Part shown: one piece after another, positions 21,184-35,433 of the stretch
Numbering within the stretch: position 1 is the stretch's first letter
Layout: the number at the start of each line of letters is the position of its first letter
Assembly (NCBI RefSeq): GCF_000026545.1
Contig: NC_011601.1
DNA: 64,000 nt
Direction: 5' to 3' (one strand)
Origin: Escherichia coli O127:H6 str. E2348/69
Lineage (GTDB): Bacteria; Pseudomonadota; Gammaproteobacteria; Enterobacterales; Enterobacteriaceae
The notes under the pieces: generated by a model
Told to the model about the DNA's origin: nothing
The model's database searches: none
What the model saw: the letters and a program-made list of their open reading frames with translations, nothing else
Program-made: the position numbers and the translations under genes

Positions 21184-21266
21184 GCCCTGGATAAGGTGTT
21201 CGCGCCGCATCCGACATCCGGTGCACCATGCCTGATGCGACGCTGGCGTGTCTTTTCTGGCCTAAC
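21184..21266. repeat. REP pair (BIME-like) between convergent yohD and yohF
   Basis: CTGGATAAGGTGTTCGCGCCGCATCCGACATCCGG and GCCTGATGCGACGCTGGCGTGTCTTTTCTGGCC are two REP-type palindromes. Confidence 0.8.
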
Positions 21267-21295
21267 CCAATGAAATAACCACGCACCTCACTGCG

Positions 21296-22057
21296 CTATT
21301 CTGGGTTGAACTGCGGATTCGCCAACATAAAGCCGCCATCCACTATCAACGACTGCCCGGTGGTGTAATTTGCGCCCTCCGAACAAAGCCATACCACCAG
21401 GCTGGCAATCTCATGCGTTGTGCCAAAACGTCGCAAGGGAATCGAAGGCTCCGCGTCAGGCTTCACGTCGCCGCCATCCATGCCGTTCATTGGCGTGGCG
21501 ATCGCCCCAGGTGCGACTGCATTCACCAAAATCTTATGCCTGACCAGCTCAAGCGCCATCGCTTTGGTTAGCCCACCGAGTGCATGTTTAGCGGCTGTAT
21601 AGGCGCTGGCATCCGGCAGCGGCGTATGTTCATGTACCGACGTAATGTTGATGATGCGACCGCCCTGCCCTTGTTTCACCATCTGGCGGGCCGCAATTTG
21701 CGAGCATAAAAATGCACCATCAACATCAACGGTAAAAATCTTGCGCCACTCATCGAAAGCCATATCAAGAAACGGCGCTTTGGTCATTGTGCCCGCATTA
21801 TTCACCAGCACATCGATGCGCCCCAGCCGTTGAATAAGTTTCTCCAGCGCCATTGCCCCCTCTGGCAGTTTACCGAGATCCAACTGCACCATCTCCGCAC
21901 GTACGCTGTGGCTAACCACCTCACGCGCGGTATCTTTTGCCCCTTCTTCATCTGAGTGCCAGGTAATACCAATATCAAACCCCTGCTGCGCCAGTAATAA
22001 CGCGCACTCTTTGCCGATCCCCGAATCGGAGGCAGTAATAATCGCAACCTGTGCCAT
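21296..22057 (-). CDS. yohF: Short-chain dehydrogenase/reductase family oxidoreductase
   Basis: N-terminal Rossmann motif TASDSGIG; 253 aa from MAQVAIITAS. Confidence 0.88.
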   Translation of the reverse strand: MAQVAIITASDSGIGKECALLLAQQGFDIGITWHSDEEGAKDTAREVVSHSVRAEMVQLDLGKLPEGAMALEKLIQRLGRIDVLVNNAGTMTKAPFLDMAFDEWRKIFTVDVDGAFLCSQIAARQMVKQGQGGRIINITSVHEHTPLPDASAYTAAKHALGGLTKAMALELVRHKILVNAVAPGAIATPMNGMDGGDVKPDAEPSIPLRRFGTTHEIASLVVWLCSEGANYTTGQSLIVDGGFMLANPQFNPE

Positions 22058-22109
22058 CGAGTTCTCCACTTAACGCTGAATAAACGTTAAGTATAGAAGG
22101 CGCATATCA

Positions 22110-23546
22110 TCAGCGTTTGTAACCCCCGCCCAACGCACCAGTGAGTTGAATGGAGGCATCCAGCCACTGCCCTTGCAATAACAGGCCATTGGCCCGCTCA
22201 CGCAGCGCGGGGATTCTGGCTTCGCTAACGCGGGAACCCGCAATGATGCCCGCGTTAAAGCGCGCCTGCGCAAGACCTACTACACGCAAGGCATCGCGCT
22301 CAATTTGCGCCTGATGCTGGTTTTTCTCCGCCAGTGTCTGAACCTGACTGGCTGCCTGCGCCACGTCATTCACCGCTTCAACCACCGCTTTGTTGTAGCT
22401 GGCGATAGACAAGTTGCTTTCGGCTTTTGCGATATCGAGGTTGGCGTTAAGACGACCACTATCGAAAATGGGTAGCGTCAGGCCTGCCGTAACGCCCATT
22501 TGCTGCGCGGAATGACGGAACAGATCGCTTAAGTGCAACGCATCCTGTTGCAGGAAGGCCATCAGGTTGATGTCAGGATAAAATGCCGCTTTTGCCGCAT
22601 CAATAGTGCTTAACGATGACTCAACGTACCAGTGCGCCGCCTGCAAATCTGCCCGCCGGGCCAGTAAGGAGTACCCCAGTTCATCAGGAAGCTGGCTTGC
22701 CACTTTCGGCAACGCGACCGGATTAAGCTTCAATGCCTTTGTCTGGTGATTTGTAAGTGCACTTAACCGTGCCTCAATAATTTTCATTTTCCCCGCGACA
22801 TCATTGAGCTGCTGCCGGGTTTTGCTGGCATTAATATCGGTTTCCACACCTTCAACTGAAGAAGTAATCCCGTTCTGATATAGCTGGCGATCGGTCGCGA
22901 TAATGGTGTTCTGCTCTTTTTCGATTTGCTGCAAGACCGTGTTTAACGCCGCCTGGGTTTGCCACTCCCAGTACAGACGGGCTACGCTGCCAGCCAGCAA
23001 TTGGCGGGTTTGCTCGCGTTCCGCCGCCCGTGCTTTAACCGTACCCAGGCGAGCAGTAACCTCCGCCCGATTCTTTCCCCAGATATCGAGATGCCAGCCC
23101 GCCGTTAAGCCAAAAGTACCGTTGGTGTACCACGGACCGGTCGTACCTGCGGCCGGATCGTTCAGAGCAAACGGCCCCATTAAGCCTTCTGCCGACATTT
23201 TTTGCCGCTCCATATCCGCAGAAAAGTCGAGCTGCGGACCATCCTGAGTGGCAACTGCCTTCGCCTGGGCTTCAGCCAGCTGAATGCGCTGTTCAGCCAC
23301 CTGCATATCCGGTGCGCTCTGTAGTGCGTTATTAATTAAGGAAGTGAGTTGATTATCGTGATACCCCAGCCACCATTGGCTGTCTGGCCAACCATTTTTC
23401 AGCGCCGTGGGTAATACGGTGTCAACTTGTGCAGCGGGCGTTTGCTGGCTTAACGCCTGGCGGGTTTCATGCATAGGCGCACACCCGGCCAGCATCAGTA
23501 ACAGCGAAAAACAGGCGATGGCGGGATAAAAGGAATCACGATTCAT
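22110..23546 (-). CDS. mdtQ: Outer-membrane efflux lipoprotein (OprM/NodT-like); the frame is intact in this window
   Basis: Lipoprotein signal MNRDSFYPAIACFSLLLMLAGC; open frame of 478 aa with no internal stop. Confidence 0.8.
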   Translation of the reverse strand: MNRDSFYPAIACFSLLLMLAGCAPMHETRQALSQQTPAAQVDTVLPTALKNGWPDSQWWLGYHDNQLTSLINNALQSAPDMQVAEQRIQLAEAQAKAVATQDGPQLDFSADMERQKMSAEGLMGPFALNDPAAGTTGPWYTNGTFGLTAGWHLDIWGKNRAEVTARLGTVKARAAEREQTRQLLAGSVARLYWEWQTQAALNTVLQQIEKEQNTIIATDRQLYQNGITSSVEGVETDINASKTRQQLNDVAGKMKIIEARLSALTNHQTKALKLNPVALPKVASQLPDELGYSLLARRADLQAAHWYVESSLSTIDAAKAAFYPDINLMAFLQQDALHLSDLFRHSAQQMGVTAGLTLPIFDSGRLNANLDIAKAESNLSIASYNKAVVEAVNDVAQAASQVQTLAEKNQHQAQIERDALRVVGLAQARFNAGIIAGSRVSEARIPALRERANGLLLQGQWLDASIQLTGALGGGYKR

Positions 23547-23769
23547 GGGGGAATAATCAGGTAAGAAAAGGTGCGCGGAGATTACCGTGTGTTGCGATAT
23601 ATTTTTTAGTTTCGCGTGGCAATACATCAGTAGCAATAAAACGACATATCCAGAAAAATATACACTAAGTGAATGATATTCGCCGATTTATCTTAATCGT
23701 TTATGGATAACGGCAAAGGGCTTCGTTTTTTCCTATACTTATTCAGCACTCACAAATAAAGGAACGCCA

Positions 23770-23853
23770 ATGAAAATTATACTCTGGGCTGTATTGATTA
23801 TTTTCCTGATTGGGCTACTGGTGGTGACTGGCGTATTTAAGATGATATTTTAA
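23770..23853 (+). CDS. yohP: Small membrane protein, 27 aa
   Basis: ATG 23770; MKIILWAVLIIFLIGLLVVTGVFKMIF is a single hydrophobic helix; below the ORF-track cut-off. Confidence 0.7.
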   Translation: MKIILWAVLIIFLIGLLVVTGVFKMIF

Positions 23854-24240
23854 AAATCAGATATGGCATATAAGTTGTCAGGTCAGGAACTCGATATTTT
23901 GTGTACTTGATTTGCAAACAGCTCCGGTGTTGGTGGCGTCAAAATCGCTGAAGCGTTCCCCGAAGGCCGGGGCAGCCCACATGGATGTGGGCTGAGGGCG
24001 CGTCTTACAAGGACGTTACCTCGCGCCCGACCCAGTAGCCGAAGGGGATAAGCTGAAGGTACCGCGCAGCGGAGATTTTGTTCGCCAGAGCCCGGGGGTG
24101 CAGGGGGAGGAGGCGATTGTCCTCCCCCTGCGCGCTCCTTGCGCCAGTGGCAATATGTGGCTTAGCTCATGAAAGGAGCGCAACAAGATGATGAAGCTGA
24201 ATAAGCGATTCATTGTCTCAGATAAGCTGCGATTCCACTA

Positions 24241-25191
24241 TTATCGTAGCTTATCGATATCAATTGCCTGAATAGCCCTTGCAATATCAGGGGAATTATT
24301 CAACACCCGAACATGCTGAAATAATTCCGTTGCTTCATCGTATTCTTTACGCAAATAACTCAACCACTGTTTAATCCGCGCAACGTGATATAACCCGGTA
24401 TCGCCCTGCTTTTCCAGACGGGTATATTTTTGCAGCAAAGCAACCACCTCCGGCCACGGCATTCGCGGTTCGTTATATTTCACCACACGGCTCAGGTTGG
24501 GAATATTGAGCGCCCCGCGACCAATCATCACTGCGTCGCAGCCGCTGATCGCCATGCATTGTTGCGCACTCTGCCAGTCCCAGATTTCACCGTTGGCAAT
24601 CACCGGAATATTAAGCCGCTGGCGAATCTCGCCAATCGCCTGCCAGTCAATATGTTCCGCGCGGTAACCCTGCTCTTTTGTCCGCCCATGTACTACCAGC
24701 TCCGTAGCGCCAGCCTGTTGCACCGCATCGGCGATTTCAAATTTCTTCTCACCGCTGTCCCAGCCCAGACGCACTTTTACGCTGACAGGCAAATGCGCCG
24801 GTACAGCTTCGCGCATCGCTTTTGCACCCTGGTAGATGAGTTCAGGATCTTTCAGTAACGTTGCCCCACCACCGCTACCGTTAACCGTTTTCGACGGGCA
24901 GCCGCAGTTAAGATCCACGCCCCAGGAACCTAACTCCACCGCACGGGCGGCGTTCTCTGCCAGCCACTGTGGGAACTGCCCTAACAACTGCACGCGCACC
25001 AGCGTACCGGATGGTGTCCGGCTGGCATTTTGTAGCTCAGGGCAAATGCGATGAAAGACTTTTACTGGCAGCAGTTGATCCACCACGCGGACAAACTCGG
25101 TGATGCACAGATCGTAGTCGTTAACTTCGGTCAGTAATTCCCGCACCAGAGAGTCAAGTACACCCTCCATCGGAGCCAGTAACACACGCAT
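24241..25191 (-). CDS. dusC: tRNA-dihydrouridine synthase C
   Basis: Start set at the Met giving [13 protein letters not shown]; the exact start is uncertain by a few codons. Confidence 0.85.
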
Positions 25192-25393
25192 ATCATCACC
25201 CGCAAAAAAATGAGGCGCTATGTTAGCGCCTCCGGTCAACGGATTAAAGGTCTGCAAAGAGGGATTGCTGCAAACTGCAATCCCTCTCTATGCTTGATGT
25301 ATGCCTGAGTTCGCTGCGCATTGTGTAATACCGGGGAGCGAAAAAATAAGCGCTGATTTCTTAATGTGATCGGTAGCACGTTTTACGAATTAA

Positions 25394-26520
<1,127 letters not shown>

Positions 26521-26544
26521 AATTTGCGATTCGTCGCACATTTT

Positions 26545-26590
26545 TGATGTAAGTTTCACGCGTTGCATAATTAATGAGATTCAGATCACA
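26545..26590. promoter_or_regulatory. cdd upstream control region with two CRP-like half-site pairs
   Basis: TGAGA-N6-TCACA at 26575-26590 and a weaker TGATG-N6-TCACG at 26545-26560; the cdd promoter is known to be CRP/CytR controlled. Confidence 0.45.
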
Positions 26591-26649
26591 TATAAAGCCA
26601 TAGCGGGTTCGTAAACTGTTATCCCATTACATGATTATGAGGCAACGCC

Positions 26650-28645
<1,996 letters not shown>

Positions 28646-28730
28646 TATTTTCCCTTTTCTGTTAATTATTGAGAATAATTATTACTTCACTCAATAAGCT
28701 GCGGATATAACATTCTGAACCGCAGCTATT

Positions 28731-28746
28731 TGTGAATCCTTTCACA
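28731..28746. promoter_or_regulatory. Perfect CRP-consensus palindrome TGTGA-N6-TCACA, 93 bp upstream of preT
   Basis: TGTGAATCCTTTCACA read from sequence. Confidence 0.5.
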
Positions 28747-28838
28747 GTTTAAATTTCCCCACGCGCATAGCCTTAATATCAGCACGCAATATTTATTTAG
28801 CGTTCGCCTTAATTACTCATAGCATTAAGGAAGATCAC

Positions 28839-30077
28839 ATGCCGCAACAAAATTATCTGGATGAACTCACTCCGGCTTTTACGCCTTTACTGGCGATTAA
28901 AGAAGCCTCTCGCTGTTTATTATGTCATGACGCTCCCTGTAGTCAGGCTTGCCCGGCACAGACCGATCCGGGGAAATTTATTCGCTCAATCTACTTTCGT
29001 AATTTTAAAGGCGCTGCCGAGACAATTCGCGAAAATAATGCCCTCGGTGCCGTTTGTGCCAGAGTGTGCCCGACGGAGAAATTATGCCAAAGCGGTTGTA
29101 CACGTGCCGGTGTTGATGCTCCCATTGATATCGGTCGCTTACAGCGTTTTGTTACTGATTTTGAACAACAAACTGGGATGGAAATTTATCAGCCCGGTAC
29201 TAAAACGCTCGGCAAAGTCGCCATTATTGGCGCAGGTCCTGCCGGATTGCAGGCCAGTGTGACGCTGACAAACCAGGGTTATGACGTCACGATCTATGAG
29301 AAAAAAGCACAACCCGGTGGCTGGTTGCGTAACGGCATTCCGCAATTCCGGTTACCGCAATCGGTGCTGGATGCAGAAATCGCCCGTATAGAAAAAATGG
29401 GCGTGACCATTAAGTGCAATAACGAAATCGGTAAAACACTCACCCTGGAGCAGCTGAAAGCGGAAAACCGCGCGGTACTGGTCACCGTAGGGTTATCGAG
29501 CGGTTCCGGGTTATCGCTGTTTGAGCATAGCGACGTTGAGATTGCCGTCGACTTCCTGCAACGTGCACGACAGGCGCAAGGCGATATCAGCATTCCACAA
29601 AGCGCATTAATTATCGGCGGCGGTGATGTCGCGATGGACGTAGCCAGCACGCTGAAAGTTCTCGGCTGTCAGGCGGTAACCTGCGTAGCGCGTGAAGAGT
29701 TAGATGAGTTTCCGGCAAGCGAAAAAGAGTTTACCAGCGCCAGAGAGCTGGGCGTTTCGATCATCGATGGATTTACACCAGTAGCCGTGGAAGGCAATAA
29801 AGTCACCTTTAAGCATGTTCGTTTACCGGGTGAACTAACGATAGCGGCGGACAAAATTATTCTCGCTGTAGGTCAACATGCCGAACTTGCTGCTTTTTCC
29901 GCACTGGAACCGCAACGTAACACCATCGAAACGCAACATTACCAGACCCGCGACCCGCAAGTCTTTGCTGCTGGCGATATTGTTGAGGGTGACAAAACCG
30001 TGGTCTATGCAGTGAAAACCGGGAAAGAAGCCGCCGGGGCGATTCATCACTATTTAGAGGGAGCTTGCTCATGTTAA
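28839..30077 (+). CDS. preT: NAD-dependent dihydropyrimidine dehydrogenase subunit PreT
   Basis: 412 aa; Fe-S Cys cluster near the N-terminus and dinucleotide-binding motif GAGPAG. Confidence 0.9.
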   Translation: MPQQNYLDELTPAFTPLLAIKEASRCLLCHDAPCSQACPAQTDPGKFIRSIYFRNFKGAAETIRENNALGAVCARVCPTEKLCQSGCTRAGVDAPIDIGRLQRFVTDFEQQTGMEIYQPGTKTLGKVAIIGAGPAGLQASVTLTNQGYDVTIYEKKAQPGGWLRNGIPQFRLPQSVLDAEIARIEKMGVTIKCNNEIGKTLTLEQLKAENRAVLVTVGLSSGSGLSLFEHSDVEIAVDFLQRARQAQGDISIPQSALIIGGGDVAMDVASTLKVLGCQAVTCVAREELDEFPASEKEFTSARELGVSIIDGFTPVAVEGNKVTFKHVRLPGELTIAADKIILAVGQHAELAAFSALEPQRNTIETQHYQTRDPQVFAAGDIVEGDKTVVYAVKTGKEAAGAIHHYLEGACSC

Positions 30078-31306
30078 CGAAAGATCTTTCGATTACTTTT
30101 TGCGGCGTGAAGTTTCCCAACCCGTTCTGCCTTTCTTCTTCGCCGGTAGGCAACTGCTATGAGATGTGCGCCAAAGCCTACGACACAGGTTGGGGCGGCG
30201 TGGTGTTTAAAACGATCGGTTTTTTTATCGCCAACGAAGTCTCGCCGCGTTTTGATCATCTGGTGAAAGAAGATACCGGTTTTATCGGCTTCAAAAATAT
30301 GGAGCAGATTGCTGAACATCCGTTGGAAGAGAATCTGGCCGCCCTGCGTCGGCTGAAAGAAGATTACCCGGACAAAGTATTGATCGCTTCAATCATGGGC
30401 GAAAATGAGCAGCAATGGGAAGAGCTGGCGCGTCTGGTGCAAGAAGCTGGCGCGGATATGATCGAGTGTAACTTCTCCTGTCCGCAAATGACTTCTCATG
30501 CGATGGGTAGCGATGTCGGGCAAAGCCCGGAGCTGGTAGAAAAATATTGTCGGGCAGTAAAACGTGGTTCCACGCTGCCAATGCTGGCGAAGATGACGCC
30601 GAATATTGGTGATATGTGCGAAGTGGCGCTGGCGGCGAAGCGCGGCGGCGCAGATGGCATTGCGGCGATTAACACCGTTAAATCCATCACCAATATCGAT
30701 CTTAATCAGAAAATTGGTATGCCGATCGTTAACGGTAAATCGAGTATTTCCGGATATTCCGGTAAAGCGGTAAAACCGATCGCCCTACGCTTTATTCAGC
30801 AAATGCGCGCCCATCCAGAACTGCACGATTTCCCGATCAGCGGTATCGGCGGCATTGAAACCTGGGAAGATGCGGCGGAGTTTTTATTGCTCGGCGCAGC
30901 AACGTTGCAGGTGACCACCGGCATTATGCAGTACGGGTATCGGATAGTGGAAGATATGGCAAGCGGGTTGTCGCATTATCTCGCCGATCAAGGGTTTGAT
31001 TCGTTGCAGGAGATGGTGGGTCTGGCGAATCACAATATTGTCCCGGCGGAAGATTTAGACCGCAGTTATATTGTCTATCCCCATATCAATCTTGATAAAT
31101 GTGTTGGCTGTGGACGCTGTTATATTTCCTGTTACGACGGCGGTCACCAGGCGATGGAATGGAGCGAGAAAACCCGCACACCGCATTGTAATACCGAGAA
31201 ATGCGTGGGTTGTCTGCTTTGTGGTCATGTCTGCCCGGTAGGTTGTATTGATCTTGGGGAAGTGAAGTTTAAGAAAGGCGAGAAAGAACACCCGGTAACG
31301 TTGTAA
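30071..31306 (+). CDS. preA: NAD-dependent dihydropyrimidine dehydrogenase subunit PreA
   Basis: 411 aa from [10 protein letters not shown]; C-terminal ferredoxin-like Cys motifs (CVGCGRC, CVGCLLC). Confidence 0.9.
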   Translation: MLTKDLSITFCGVKFPNPFCLSSSPVGNCYEMCAKAYDTGWGGVVFKTIGFFIANEVSPRFDHLVKEDTGFIGFKNMEQIAEHPLEENLAALRRLKEDYPDKVLIASIMGENEQQWEELARLVQEAGADMIECNFSCPQMTSHAMGSDVGQSPELVEKYCRAVKRGSTLPMLAKMTPNIGDMCEVALAAKRGGADGIAAINTVKSITNIDLNQKIGMPIVNGKSSISGYSGKAVKPIALRFIQQMRAHPELHDFPISGIGGIETWEDAAEFLLLGAATLQVTTGIMQYGYRIVEDMASGLSHYLADQGFDSLQEMVGLANHNIVPAEDLDRSYIVYPHINLDKCVGCGRCYISCYDGGHQAMEWSEKTRTPHCNTEKCVGCLLCGHVCPVGCIDLGEVKFKKGEKEHPVTL

Positions 31307-31315
31307 AACCCGCGT

Positions 31316-31495
31316 CACATCCGGCATTTAGTTCCTGTCGCCGGATGCGGCTTGAACGCCTTATCCGGCATACAAAACAATATAAATCAGTATGTTGTGC
31401 TCATTGTAGGCCGGATAAAACGCGCCAGCGTTGCATCCGGCATTTGGTTCCTGTCGCCGGATGCGGCGTGAACGCCTTATCCGGACTACAAAACC
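31316..31495. repeat. BIME cluster of three REP elements in alternating orientation
   Basis: CGCCGGATGCGGCTTGAACGCCTTATCCGGCATAC, GTAGGCCGGATAAAACGCGCCAGCGTTGCATCCGGCA and CGCCGGATGCGGCGTGAACGCCTTATCCGGACTAC. Confidence 0.9.
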
Positions 31496-31548
31496 ACACA
31501 GATCATGATGTTATGTGCGTTTATGACCGAATGCGGACCACAATCACA

Positions 31549-32559
31549 TCACTTCTTACGCGCGTATTTCAGTGAATCCAGCGCCACGGCGAAGATAATA
31601 ATCGCCCCTTTGATGATGTACTGCCAGTACGGGTTTACGCCGATATACGTCAGGCCATAGTTAATGACGGTAAAAATAATTACCCCGGTCACCACACCAA
31701 TTACCGTCCCCACACCGCCGCTGAACGATACGCCGCCTACCACGCACGCCGCGATAGCATCCAGCTCATACATAAAGCCGAGGTTGTTGGTGGCTGAGCC
31801 GATACGTCCGGCTTCTAACATCCCGCCGAAGGCATAGAACACACCAGACAACGCGTAGATCATCAGCAGGTTCAGGCCGACGTTGACACCAGATACTTTC
31901 GCCGCTTCCGGGTTACCGCCAATGGCAAAAATGTTCTTACCGAAGCGGGTTTTGTTCCATAACACCCAGACAAACACCACCGCAATCAACGCATAGAAGG
32001 TGATGTAAGAGAGACGGAAACTCCCCAGCGCGACAAAGCCTTGAGCAAAGGTAGAGAAACCACTGTCAAAACCGGAAATTGGCGACGCCCCGACAAAGTC
32101 GTAATAGAGCGAGTTAATGCCGTAGACGATAATCATCGTACCGAGCGTGGTAATGAACGGCGTCACGTTGAGATAGGCGATAATCAGGCCGTTGATCAAA
32201 CCGATCACCGCACCAATGGCACAGACAATCAGAATAACCAGCGCAATCGGCATCGTCGCCATTTCCGGGAAGACTTTGTTGGCGTTATCCATGGACTGCA
32301 ATAACGTCGCTGCTACTACTGCCGCCAGCCCCACCTGGCGACCAGCAGAAAGGTCAGTCCCCTGGGTGACAATTAACCCTGCCACACCAAGCGCGATAAT
32401 AATACGCACCGATGACTGGGTGAGAATATTACTTAAGTTCAACAGACTTAAAAATGTTGGGTCCTGGAAAATAATAATCGCCAGCAAAACTAAAAGAACG
32501 ACGTAAATACCGCCCTCTTTCAGGTAAGTAAGAAAACTTTTCTTATTTAACGCACTCAT
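31549..32559 (-). CDS. mglC: Galactose/methyl-galactoside ABC transporter permease
   Basis: 336 aa hydrophobic ORF. Confidence 0.92.
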   Translation of the reverse strand: MSALNKKSFLTYLKEGGIYVVLLVLLAIIIFQDPTFLSLLNLSNILTQSSVRIIIALGVAGLIVTQGTDLSAGRQVGLAAVVAATLLQSMDNANKVFPEMATMPIALVILIVCAIGAVIGLINGLIIAYLNVTPFITTLGTMIIVYGINSLYYDFVGASPISGFDSGFSTFAQGFVALGSFRLSYITFYALIAVVFVWVLWNKTRFGKNIFAIGGNPEAAKVSGVNVGLNLLMIYALSGVFYAFGGMLEAGRIGSATNNLGFMYELDAIAACVVGGVSFSGGVGTVIGVVTGVIIFTVINYGLTYIGVNPYWQYIIKGAIIIFAVALDSLKYARKK

Positions 32560-32574
32560 GGGAAGCCCCTAATC

Positions 32575-34095
32575 TTAAAGGTGCAAAGACGCAAGACGCA
32601 GAATTTCGCTTTGCGTTGTTGTTTTTGTATCGACAATTCCGGAAACGAGACCATTGCTCATAACCAGAATACGGTCTGTTATCCCTAACAACTCTGGCAT
32701 TTCGGAGGAGATAATAATAATCCCCTTGCCTTTCTTCGCCAGTTCGGCAATTAACTGATAAATCTCAAACTTAGCCCCAACATCAATACCGCGCGTCGGT
32801 TCATCGAGCATTAATATTTCTGGTTGCGTTAACAGCCAGCGACCAATAATCACTTTTTGCTGATTACCACCGGAGAGCGAACCAATTTGCGTCCGATGCC
32901 CCGGTGTTTTTACCCGCATCGAATCAATCACCCACTGGGTATCGCTTTTCATCCGCGAGTTATCCAGTAAACCAACTTTATTTTTATAGTTGCGGATATT
33001 GGAAATTAACGAGTTAAAGCCAATATCCAGATAGGCATAAATTCCCGTTGAGCGGCGCTCTTCAGTTACCAGTGCAAATCCGTGGTTTATGGCTTCGTTG
33101 GCATTATGGTTATTGATCTTTTTGCCGTGCAACGTAATGGTGCCAGCCGATTTCTCGCGAATACCAAATAACGTCTCAACAATATCGGTACGTTTCGCTC
33201 CCACCAGACCGGCTATACCGAGAATCTCCCCTTTATGCAGATCAAACGAGACATCGCGAATCGACGGCTGGCGCAGCGACGTCAGGTTACGCACTTCCAG
33301 AATCACTTCGCCCGGCTTGTTTTCTTTGTCAGGGAAACGCTGGTTAAGAGAACGCCCAACCATCATGGCGATGATCTTGTCCATCGTCAGCCCTGCCAGC
33401 GGTTCGGTAGCGATCCACTGACCGTCGCGCAATACGGTAACTTCATCACATAACTGGAAGATTTCTTCCATTTTATGCGAGATATAAACAATACCGCAGC
33501 CGCGCTCTTTTAATTTACGAATAATAGTGAACAGATGATTGACCTCTTTTTCGGTTAACGAAGAAGTCGGTTCATCCATAATCACAATTTTCGCGTTATA
33601 GGAAAACGCTTTGGCAATTTCGATCATCTGCATTTGCGAAACAGATAATGTACCGACGCGCGCACGCGGATCGATATCAATATCCAGTTCATCAAAAATC
33701 GCTTTGGTTTCGCGGTACATTTTGTCCTGATCGACAAACATGCCTTTGGTGGGATATCGCCCCAGCCACATGTTGTCCATCACCGAACGTTGTAATACCA
33801 GGTTTAACTCCTGGTGTACCATCGAAATACCATTTTCCAGTGCTTCTTTGGCGGAATGGAAATCGATCTCTTTACCCTGGAATAAAATGGTGCCGGAGTC
33901 TTTTTGATAAATACCAAACAGGCATTTTAATAATGTCGATTTTCCTGCACCGTTTTCCCCCATTAATGCATGGATAGAATGTGGTCGGACTTTTAAATTA
34001 ACGTTATCAAGTGCCTTAACACCAGGAAAAGACTTGTTGATACCGCTCATTTCCAACAAGTATTCCCCGGAAGACGGAGTCGTTGAGCTGACCAT
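32575..34095 (-). CDS. mglA: Galactose/methyl-galactoside ABC transporter ATP-binding protein (duplicated ABC domains)
   Basis: 506 aa; first Walker [10 protein letters not shown] and two ABC domains. Confidence 0.92.
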   Translation of the reverse strand: MVSSTTPSSGEYLLEMSGINKSFPGVKALDNVNLKVRPHSIHALMGENGAGKSTLLKCLFGIYQKDSGTILFQGKEIDFHSAKEALENGISMVHQELNLVLQRSVMDNMWLGRYPTKGMFVDQDKMYRETKAIFDELDIDIDPRARVGTLSVSQMQMIEIAKAFSYNAKIVIMDEPTSSLTEKEVNHLFTIIRKLKERGCGIVYISHKMEEIFQLCDEVTVLRDGQWIATEPLAGLTMDKIIAMMVGRSLNQRFPDKENKPGEVILEVRNLTSLRQPSIRDVSFDLHKGEILGIAGLVGAKRTDIVETLFGIREKSAGTITLHGKKINNHNANEAINHGFALVTEERRSTGIYAYLDIGFNSLISNIRNYKNKVGLLDNSRMKSDTQWVIDSMRVKTPGHRTQIGSLSGGNQQKVIIGRWLLTQPEILMLDEPTRGIDVGAKFEIYQLIAELAKKGKGIIIISSEMPELLGITDRILVMSNGLVSGIVDTKTTTQSEILRLASLHL

Positions 34096-34155
34096 ATAAT
34101 TTTACCTTGTTGGCCATACAATAAGGGCGCAGTAAACGACTGCGCCCAATCAGTC

Positions 34156-35154
34156 TTATTTCTTGCTGAATTCAGCCAGGTTGTCTTTATCTACGCCAAC
34201 ATAAGGTACGCGGACCACTTTGTTGTCGATTTTCCAGTTGGTGCCATCAGCCGCACCTTTGCCATCGGCCAGGTTTTTCGCCAGATCAAAGGTCGCTTTC
34301 GCCTGGTTGTTAGCATCGTTCAGTACGGTGCCCGCCAGTGCACCGGATTTCACCAGCGCCAGCGCTTCTGGCAGCGCATCGACGCCAAACACCGGAATGC
34401 TGGACTTGTTGTGTGCTTTCAGTGCTTCTACCGCGCCCATTGCCATCGCGTCGTTGTTGGCGATAACCACCTCGATTTTGTTGGCGTTCGGGCCAGACAG
34501 CCAGGCATCCATCTTATCTTTCGCCTGAGCGGTGTCCCACATAGCGGTATCTAACTGTAACTGTTCAGTTTTAATGCCTTTGTCGTTCAATTCTTTAATC
34601 ACGTAAGTGGTACGTGCTTCTGCATCCGGATGCCCCGGCTCACCTTTCAGCAGTACGAATTGAATCTGACCGTCTTTGTTCAGATCCCAACCCTGATTCG
34701 CCGCCCAGTGTTTAGCAATCAAATCGCCCTGAATAATGCCGGACTCTTTGGAGTCAGTGCCAACGTAGTAGGCTTTGTCGTAGCTATCCAGCGCCTTACG
34801 AGACGGTTCTTTGTTGAAGAAAACCACCGGCACGTTTTGCCCACGCGCTTTCTCAATCACCGTACCCGCAGCTGCCGGGTCAACCAGGTTGATTGCCAGT
34901 GCCTTCACCCCTTTCGCCAGCAATACGTCGATCTGATCGTTCTGCTTGGACTGGTCATTCTGAGAATCATTCATCAGCAGCTGAACATCTGGCGCGGCTT
35001 TCGCATCTTGCTCAATAGCCTTGCGCACTACAGACATAAAGTTATCGTCGTACTTATAGATTGTTACACCAATGCGAGTATCAGCAGCGTGTGCAGCGGC
35101 ACCGAATAACATGCTGGCCATCACAGCAGACAGGGTTAACACCTTCTTATTCAT
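34156..35154 (-). CDS. mglB: Periplasmic D-galactose/D-glucose-binding protein
   Basis: 332 aa; signal peptide [23 protein letters not shown]. Confidence 0.92.
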   Translation of the reverse strand: MNKKVLTLSAVMASMLFGAAAHAADTRIGVTIYKYDDNFMSVVRKAIEQDAKAAPDVQLLMNDSQNDQSKQNDQIDVLLAKGVKALAINLVDPAAAGTVIEKARGQNVPVVFFNKEPSRKALDSYDKAYYVGTDSKESGIIQGDLIAKHWAANQGWDLNKDGQIQFVLLKGEPGHPDAEARTTYVIKELNDKGIKTEQLQLDTAMWDTAQAKDKMDAWLSGPNANKIEVVIANNDAMAMGAVEALKAHNKSSIPVFGVDALPEALALVKSGALAGTVLNDANNQAKATFDLAKNLADGKGAADGTNWKIDNKVVRVPYVGVDKDNLAEFSKK

Positions 35155-35405
35155 GGTATCTCCGGTTTTTCTTATGCAGGGTAGTGCTTGAGATAAATGC
35201 TCGGCGGGGCAGTAGAGTTAATGAAGTGTTACTGAACGCCGAAGCTCACTTTTTAAAATTCGTTCTTCCATGCCCGGTAACGCTCCAGAAAACGGCTTTA
35301 ATTGTTGTTATGACGCTATTACCTCGGTGAAAGTGATTATTAACTGTTACATACTGGTTACAACGTTAAAACGGTGCAATCATAGCCATCACATTGTTAA
35401 GATAC

Positions 35406-35421
35406 TGTGAAATCACTCACA
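35406..35421. promoter_or_regulatory. CRP-consensus palindrome TGTGA-N6-TCACA between galS and mglB
   Basis: TGTGAAATCACTCACA read from sequence; its role in the mgl promoter is inferred. Confidence 0.45.
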
Positions 35422-35433
35422 GATTGAAAGCGG

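Noticed and set aside
31316-31495. Possible CRISPR array or mobile-element ends suggested by repeated about 35-bp GC-rich palindromes
   Set aside because: The repeats are imperfect REP palindromes in alternating orientation with no regular spacers, and no cas genes or transposase are nearby; this is a BIME cluster.
35341-35362. Candidate GalR/GalS operator in the mglB upstream region (TAACTGTTACATACTGGTTACA)
   Set aside because: The dyad symmetry is poor and I could not align it convincingly to the operator consensus; only the CRP-like palindrome at 35406-35421 is reported.
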